Source: an uncultured bacterium (GTDB lineage Bacteria > Bacteroidota > Rhodothermia > Rhodothermales > UBA10348). Taken from it: a stretch of DNA of 64,000 bases. Position numbers and translations under genes: made by a program. The notes under the pieces were generated by a model. The model saw nothing but the letters and a program-made list of their open reading frames with translations. It searched no databases and was not told the DNA's origin. The stretch spans positions 253,323 to 317,322 of the forward strand of contig CALSQR010000002.1 of NCBI GenBank assembly GCA_943788505.1, given 5' to 3'. This document shows, in pieces, positions 59,401 to 64,000 of the stretch. Position 1 is the stretch's first letter, and the number at the start of each line of letters is the position of its first letter.

Positions 59401-62400
59401 CGTGTTACTGCCGGTAGTTCATTACCGGTTGTTGTGGCACCAGCTGCCCGGTAGTCGACGCCAATAGCCGTGCCGAACGTGGGATCTTCCTCGAACATGG
59501 CGAGAACGCCATCCTCATCGACCAGCACATACAGATTATCTCCGTAGGCAAAGACGTTGTTATCCGTGTCAGCGTCGCCGTCATCCGTCTGAACATCAGC
59601 ACCATCGGTTAGATAAAGCTGGCCTGTTACGGTGAAGGTTCCGCCGGCATCGGCGTCCATGCTTAAGACGTCATTGACATAAACGCGGGCGTAAATATTT
59701 ACGTTGTTACCGCCCGTTTCGAACGTTGTTGTCTCGAACTCGACATTGGCCATACCAGGGTTGCTGATTGCATCTGCACTGGCGCTATTGTAGTCAAACA
59801 ATGTACCCATGAGAAGATCGGTATCTTCACCGAGTGCCAGGGTACCGTCTTCACCAATAGTCAGTTCAGCGTCAATTTGAACACCAGCGTTGGCGTCTCC
59901 AGCCCAGGTTACGGCTGCGTCAACCACGAGGTTGGAGATATTCACATCACCATCGAAGGTCCAGGTGCTAGCACCAGAGACTGTAACAATACCGTCATCA
60001 CCGCCAGATGTGAACCCGTCCTCATCGCCTAACGTGACATCACCCGTAATCGTGAGATCTTGCGGAGCTCCGGCGTTGTCATCAAGGCTTAAAACACCAT
60101 TGTCGGCACCCGTATAGCTTCCTACAGTAAGGTCAGATAGGAGGTGAGAACCATCATCAGCGTTGGACAAGGCAGGAATGGTGTTACCGTTGAAATCGAT
60201 CTCGGTGTCTGATCCCGCCTTGATCGCTATCGTACCACCAGTGATAGTCACGGACCCGTCTACCATAGCGGCTGCATCTAGTGACGTGCCGTCAACTGTC
60301 AGCGTGCTTGTGCCAAGAGCCAAGGCAATCACATCATCGTTTGCGGTTCCAAGAACCACATCCGGCGCGTCAACATCGTTACTAACGGTCAACGTAGAGT
60401 TGCCGGCCATGGATACGTTTCCTACGACTATTCCGGTTGCGGCATCAACGGAACCCGCAAGCGTGAGGCTAGAAGCATCATCAGCCGCGGAGTCCATCGT
60501 GATCGTACCACTGGTCGCTGCTCCGTCGCCATCGACGTAGTTGATTGTAAGGCTTCCATCGTCAACCGTTACATCTCCAGTTACCTGAACGTCGTTCATC
60601 GTAACCGTGCCCGCATCGATGTCGATTACACCGAAGGTACCAGAGTCAGCATTATCAGCGTCGGTAGATCCGTTGATGGTAACAGAGATATCCGTACCAA
60701 CTGTGATTCCCGCTGCGACATGCCCCTCAACGGAGTGAGATGAACCATCGCCTGTCAGTGTGACAACATCACCTGCTGCGCCGAGCACAACATCTGTTGG
60801 CACCGTAAGGCTTCCAGCCACTGTCAAGTCGGCGATATCGGTGGAGAAGTCTCCATCTGGATCACCCGACTCAGTGATAGTAAAGTTACCTCCAATAATC
60901 AGCGACCCAGTGACCTGGAAATCATCGAGGTCTGCATGATTAGTGAAGTTACCTTCAAACTCAACATCAGCTGAGACGTCGACTAGACCGTCCTGAACGT
61001 ACAGGTTACCTGAAGCAGTACCATTGTCGTTCAGATCAAGCGTTTGGCCATCAGTCATGTTGACAGTAACGTCGACCGTCTGTCCGTCAGCGAACTCATC
61101 TGTCGAGCTACCACCAGCACCGAAATACGTCACGTCCCAGGAACCAGCCAACGTACCATTGACCGTGAGGTCACCATTACCCGGATCACGGGTAATTCGA
61201 GCATCCGTCCCAGTCATGGTAAGGGTAACATCAGCACCGCCAACGACGAAATCGCCGTTGTTGAGAGCAAGATCTCCACTCAAGAAGATATCGCTATTCA
61301 GGGTTACCGTCGATGCATTGTTAACTCGGATGTTTGAAAGCGTTGGATCCGTAGTAGGATTCCCTCCGACAGTGATGCTTTGAGCACCGCCAAGGGCAAA
61401 AGCCAGAGCACCGTTGGTATCATTCGTTACTGCAGCTTCGTCAGTGAGTGTTACATCACCCTTGATTGTCACTGTGTTGTCACCAAGGTCAACAGTAGCA
61501 TCGTTACCGACCGTGAAGCCGTCAGTGGAGAAGCCTTGACCAACCGTTAAAGTGCGACCAGAACCATTGGCAGTAAAACCTTCGAGATCCGTATTTGGAC
61601 CTGGTGAGAAAGTGTTACCATCGGCTCCAATCGTAAAGGTTACTACCCCCCAATCCGTAAGCGTACCGCCCGTTACGTCTCCGGACACATTGACAGTGAT
61701 ATCATTCAAGTCGACCGTTCCATCGGCTCCGACAGAAACCGCGGCGAAGGTGATATCATCGTCTGCGTTGCCGTCAGTATCTGCATTTACTACCGTCAAA
61801 GTTCCGTTGACGGTAGTTGTACCGGAAACTTCAGAAACGTCGTCAGCTACGTCGCTGAAGGTAACAGTAGCACCTGCAGGGACCGTAAGTGTTGATTCTA
61901 GGTCGACCTGGAGGGCGACGCTGGAGGTCCCATCAATAGTTACCGCTCCACCCGCATCAAGGGTACCCGAGAATGCGGTATCAGTTACGTCGATTGAACC
62001 GACTACGGTGATCACATCGTCACCGGCGGAGCCGATGGTCGCGTCTCCCGTCACCACCAGGGCACCGAAGTCGAACGTTTCGCCAGCAACGGCACCAGAA
62101 TCGAAGGTTGCGGCATCACCGGAGATGGTCAACGTACCGGAAACATCGTAGTCGCTCGTAAGCGGAGATTCCACATCGACGTTAGCGCCAGATATAGTCA
62201 CATCTCCTGTAAACTGAAAATCTGCATCAGTACCGGCGCCATCGGTATCAGACAATGTCATGTCGCGGTTCGCGGAGAGAACAAAGTTGGAACCGCCTTC
62301 AAGAGATACGATATCGGCCGTTCCGGCTGAAATCTCAAAGATACCATCCCCGCCGTAGCTACCTAAGTCAGTGTAAGCCCCAGCGAAAGCGGAATTAACC

Positions 62401-63923
62401 GTTCCAGCTTCAATCTGAATACCTTCTGTATCTTCGACCCACCCATCAGTTGAGTTCGTAATGTCGCCTGAGAAGGTAGCAGAAGCCTCGAAGACGAGAA
62501 GAGCATCGTCAGCAACGACAAATTCGATACGTACTGCATCTTCGTTTGCACCGTCTACGGCAGTTGCCTCTGTTATCGAGCCCTGCAATGTCAAGGAGCC
62601 CGCGGCAACATCAATCACATAGTCGACCAGGTCGTCATCATCTCCACCGTCGGTTACGATTACCGATGAAATGGATCCCACGGTGAGTGCACCCGCCTCC
62701 ATGTCAACATAAGTCGTTCCATCAACGCCGTCGCCTAGGGTCAACGCTCCTGTGATAGTCGTGGTGCCATCGTCCGCGTCAAGGATTCCGCCATCGAGAG
62801 TCAGACTGGCGATGGTGACGTCTTCATTGTCACCGGGGTCGTTGGTGATAGCGAGATCGAAGTTAGCACCAAGAGTCACTGCACCGAATGTGGCGACGAC
62901 ATCGTCAAGTGCAATTCCGTTCGCAGTGGTCGCTCCAGTAACCTCAGTGGTTCCCGCATCGATGTCGATGTCGTCGGTCGTAGTGAGAGTTCCTGTTACA
63001 CTGAAGTCCCCAGTAGAGGTTACATCAACGTCGACGGCAGAAATATTACCTGCGACCGCCAGATCCCCGGTACCAGTATGGGTTACATCACCGGTCAGAT
63101 CACCTCCGATGGAAACAACGCCGGCTGCGGCAGTTGCAACGTTCCCGGTTACATCTCCTGTCACTGTTGTCGTACCTGCTCCGTCCGTGTCGATATCGCC
63201 CGTCAGATCACCTGAGAGTGTGACATTGGCGTCACCGTCGACATCCAGGGTGGCTGAAGTAACATCGACGCCGAACGTAAGGGTGCCGTTGTCATAATCC
63301 CCGTCTACCTGAATAGTACCTGCCCCGGTGTCTCCATCGAATTCAGTACCCGCCGTTACATCGGCGTCAACAACGTTCGTGGGGTCATAGACCAAAGAAT
63401 AATCCCCAGCGTAAGCCGGAGATGCACCAGCCATAGTTCCGTCTTCGACCGTAACTGTGACGCCGTCTGCCAGCTCCAACTCACCTGTTGCCAGGGTAAG
63501 CGTACCAGCATCAAGGGTCACATCACCTGAGAATGAGAACAAACCCGTACCTGAGGTGATCGTCGCTCCAAGAACATCATCGAGCTCTAGGGTACCTGTG
63601 ACGGCTACATCAGTGTTGATTCCTGAAGCAACAGCTTGAAGCGTCACTGATTCGTCTAACAATACGTTCTCGACGTAAGCGCCCGCGAGCACGACGATAG
63701 TGTCTCCGTCACTCGCGGCTGTGAGTGCTGTCCCGATCGAAGCGAAGGCACCAACACCAGCGCCGGCGTTCTCCATCTGGGAGCCGTCGTTGTTGTTATC
63801 ACCTTCCGTCGAGCTGACGTACCAGGTTGACTGAGCCTGAGCAAGGCCTGCGCCCATGAATACGATCATGGCTGCAATAGTCGTGGTACGAATAAATGAT
63901 TGTAGCAGTCTTTTTGATGTCAT
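56472..63923 (-). CDS. Giant acidic T9SS cargo (2483 aa): DUF1565-like cap, long beta-helix passenger, three Ig-like repeats, dockerin, cohesin, CTD
   Basis: Signal peptide ending AQA-Q. WYVS..G...NDG...FASI..A..A..GDTI.V..G.Y; G/T/V/D-rich beta-strand repeats; three ~90-aa TY.V..A...G..T.TV.ATD repeats; GNVDGSGG...ADYNGDGAVTPFDAALI; GNYPNPFNPSTSI. Confidence 0.9.
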   Translation of the reverse strand: MTSKRLLQSFIRTTTIAAMIVFMGAGLAQAQSTWYVSSTEGDNNNDGSQMENAGAGVGAFASIGTALTAASDGDTIVVLAGAYVENVLLDESVTLQAVASGINTDVAVTGTLELDDVLGATITSGTGLFSFSGDVTLDAGTLTLATGELELADGVTVTVEDGTMAGASPAYAGDYSLVYDPTNVVDADVTAGTEFDGDTGAGTIQVDGDYDNGTLTFGVDVTSATLDVDGDANVTLSGDLTGDIDTDGAGTTTVTGDVTGNVATAAAGVVSIGGDLTGDVTHTGTGDLAVAGNISAVDVDVTSTGDFSVTGTLTTTDDIDIDAGTTEVTGATTANGIALDDVVATFGAVTLGANFDLAITNDPGDNEDVTIASLTLDGGILDADDGTTTITGALTLGDGVDGTTYVDMEAGALTVGSISSVIVTDGGDDDDLVDYVIDVAAGSLTLQGSITEATAVDGANEDAVRIEFVVADDALLVFEASATFSGDITNSTDGWVEDTEGIQIEAGTVNSAFAGAYTDLGSYGGDGIFEISAGTADIVSLEGGSNFVLSANRDMTLSDTDGAGTDADFQFTGDVTISGANVDVESPLTSDYDVSGTLTISGDAATFDSGAVAGETFDFGALVVTGDATIGSAGDDVITVVGSIDVTDTAFSGTLDAGGAVTIDGTSSVALQVDLESTLTVPAGATVTFSDVADDVSEVSGTTTVNGTLTVVNADTDGNADDDITFAAVSVGADGTVDLNDITVNVSGDVTGGTLTDWGVVTFTIGADGNTFSPGPNTDLEGFTANGSGRTLTVGQGFSTDGFTVGNDATVDLGDNTVTIKGDVTLTDEAAVTNDTNGALAFALGGAQSITVGGNPTTDPTLSNIRVNNASTVTLNSDIFLSGDLALNNGDFVVGGADVTLTMTGTDARITRDPGNGDLTVNGTLAGSWDVTYFGAGGSSTDEFADGQTVDVTVNMTDGQTLDLNDNGTASGNLYVQDGLVDVSADVEFEGNFTNHADLDDFQVTGSLIIGGNFTITESGDPDGDFSTDIADLTVAGSLTVPTDVVLGAAGDVVTLTGDGSSHSVEGHVAAGITVGTDISVTINGSTDADNADSGTFGVIDIDAGTVTMNDVQVTGDVTVDDGSLTINYVDGDGAATSGTITMDSAADDASSLTLAGSVDAATGIVVGNVSMAGNSTLTVSNDVDAPDVVLGTANDDVIALALGTSTLTVDGTSLDAAAMVDGSVTITGGTIAIKAGSDTEIDFNGNTIPALSNADDGSHLLSDLTVGSYTGADNGVLSLDDNAGAPQDLTITGDVTLGDEDGFTSGGDDGIVTVSGASTWTFDGDVNISNLVVDAAVTWAGDANAGVQIDAELTIGEDGTLALGEDTDLLMGTLFDYNSASADAISNPGMANVEFETTTFETGGNNVNIYARVYVNDVLSMDADAGGTFTVTGQLYLTDGADVQTDDGDADTDNNVFAYGDNLYVLVDEDGVLAMFEEDPTFGTAIGVDYRAAGATTTGNELPAVTRTFSRTGAGALETSVDHTTDYLHIDGEIDNSTNDVTVTLNSGGTYQVNDGAVVDEGLSLANDVTAYFDNITTTTPLWPATFVPATAHFDNNVVLHDDRTVGDLDVTDDVDTDANAAVLTITGNVTADATATWDTAEDEGVVLGGTTAQTLTSAGDTPQDLTINNAAGVSLGTDTDLDFASAGDGDGTLVLTAGVLTTNGNNVILSHGGTGAQGYTRTAGVVNGAVQKYVETGKANPNRVVFPTGDADGNYRPYSITFNDPAGDIGDLNTWNAVVGNADILLTATYSGASATGTNGLPIATTDAAGASLNVGRYPAFHWNVSSNPSVSPSVDYDVEFEAAGYANFASENIERTRAIRRAAGSANNFWSLVSPTAANNDNYVADVDNTNPVAVARGAVGAISTNGVLFTYGLEQNMVATAPDALTLNAGNAETIDLTTVFAGGEENPTYSVSDNDGAVASTAIDGTTLTVTGVAAGSVTFTVSANDGFQTVSTSVTATVNAALAAAGALADHVVALGTAAAAVDATVDFSGGTGTYTYAVATTDAAVAAVSNDAGSVTVTFGVAGTATVTVSATDEEGDSVSSSFDVTVNGSIVAAGGLAAVEVAEGASSTADVDGEFSGGNGAATYTYTAASSDADIATVTVSGSEVTVTGVSAYTVVDGAVTADNAGATITVTATDDQGTAATSTYTVAVTAVLGNVDGSGGPSPAAASLTLDAFLGLADLTAQQAAAADYNGDGAVTPFDAALIFNAFFNGKTEFDSNPLAEYFVADIARDGNVVTIPVMIGGDNGSVVSGHFATSIDPSLATVIGVTSDLGEGWLFNSVISEEGNITLAFASAGGVIQSEGGIASIAVELSSADVQLSISAEGAANNNPTMSIDDIEIVELPTEFTLNGNYPNPFNPSTSISFDLPQSADVEIQVIDMIGRQVMTMSPATISAGANRTVQIDASRLASGTYFYRVIARMESRTAIETGRMMLVK

Positions 63924-64000
63924 CGAGAGTTCCTCTATGATGTTGATCTACAACTTAGGCGCCAAACGCAGTCATCTCTGCGAATCGCGCCATGTTTAAT

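Noticed and set aside
56728-63844. Many 60-200 aa ORFs overlapping the giant gene
   Set aside because: These are shadow frames caused by the biased codon pattern of the real gene. None shows a domain signature.
51287-63923. Reading the cohesin-dockerin cluster as a true cellulosome
   Set aside because: No glycoside hydrolase, CBM3 or multi-cohesin scaffoldin array is recognisable in the cluster. Dockerin-bearing enzymes elsewhere in the genome cannot be excluded from this window.

Overview
This 64 kb window is bacterial chromosome. A Rhodothermota/Bacteroidota-type organism is inferred from the T9SS type-A C-terminal domains (YPNPFNPSTxI), the short CarB, the CIRCE-controlled groESL and the gene set. 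Positions 1-51 kb are mostly housekeeping and envelope genes: lolA, rlmB, lgt, hisS, rluD, dprA, obgE, rnhA, rlpA, clpS, purS, pssA/psd, mtaB, carAB, tRNA-Arg(CCT), rnpB, secG, rsmE, an Omp85 protein, mutY, groES/EL, folK, glmM and asnS. The last 12.6 kb (51287-63923, minus strand) holds a four-gene cluster for secreted proteins carrying five cohesin-like modules and one dockerin, with no recognisable glycoside hydrolase. It consists of a 2483-aa very acidic beta-helix/Ig protein ending in dockerin-cohesin-T9SS CTD, two paralogous cohesin-Ig-CHRD-CTD proteins and a stand-alone cohesin with no CTD. This looks like a non-cellulosomal, T9SS-exported cohesin-dockerin surface assembly and is the best candidate for an undescribed system here. 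Other notable observations: a catalytically dead M1 aminopeptidase homologue, a Ser/Thr kinase-TPR gene collapsed by an internal deletion, a terminator plus Arg-rich leader frame upstream of carAB, and a structured intergenic segment that may be an ncRNA. I saw no CRISPR array, integrase, transposase or rRNA. All domain calls come from motif recognition by eye, not from database searches, and refined start codons are my estimates.
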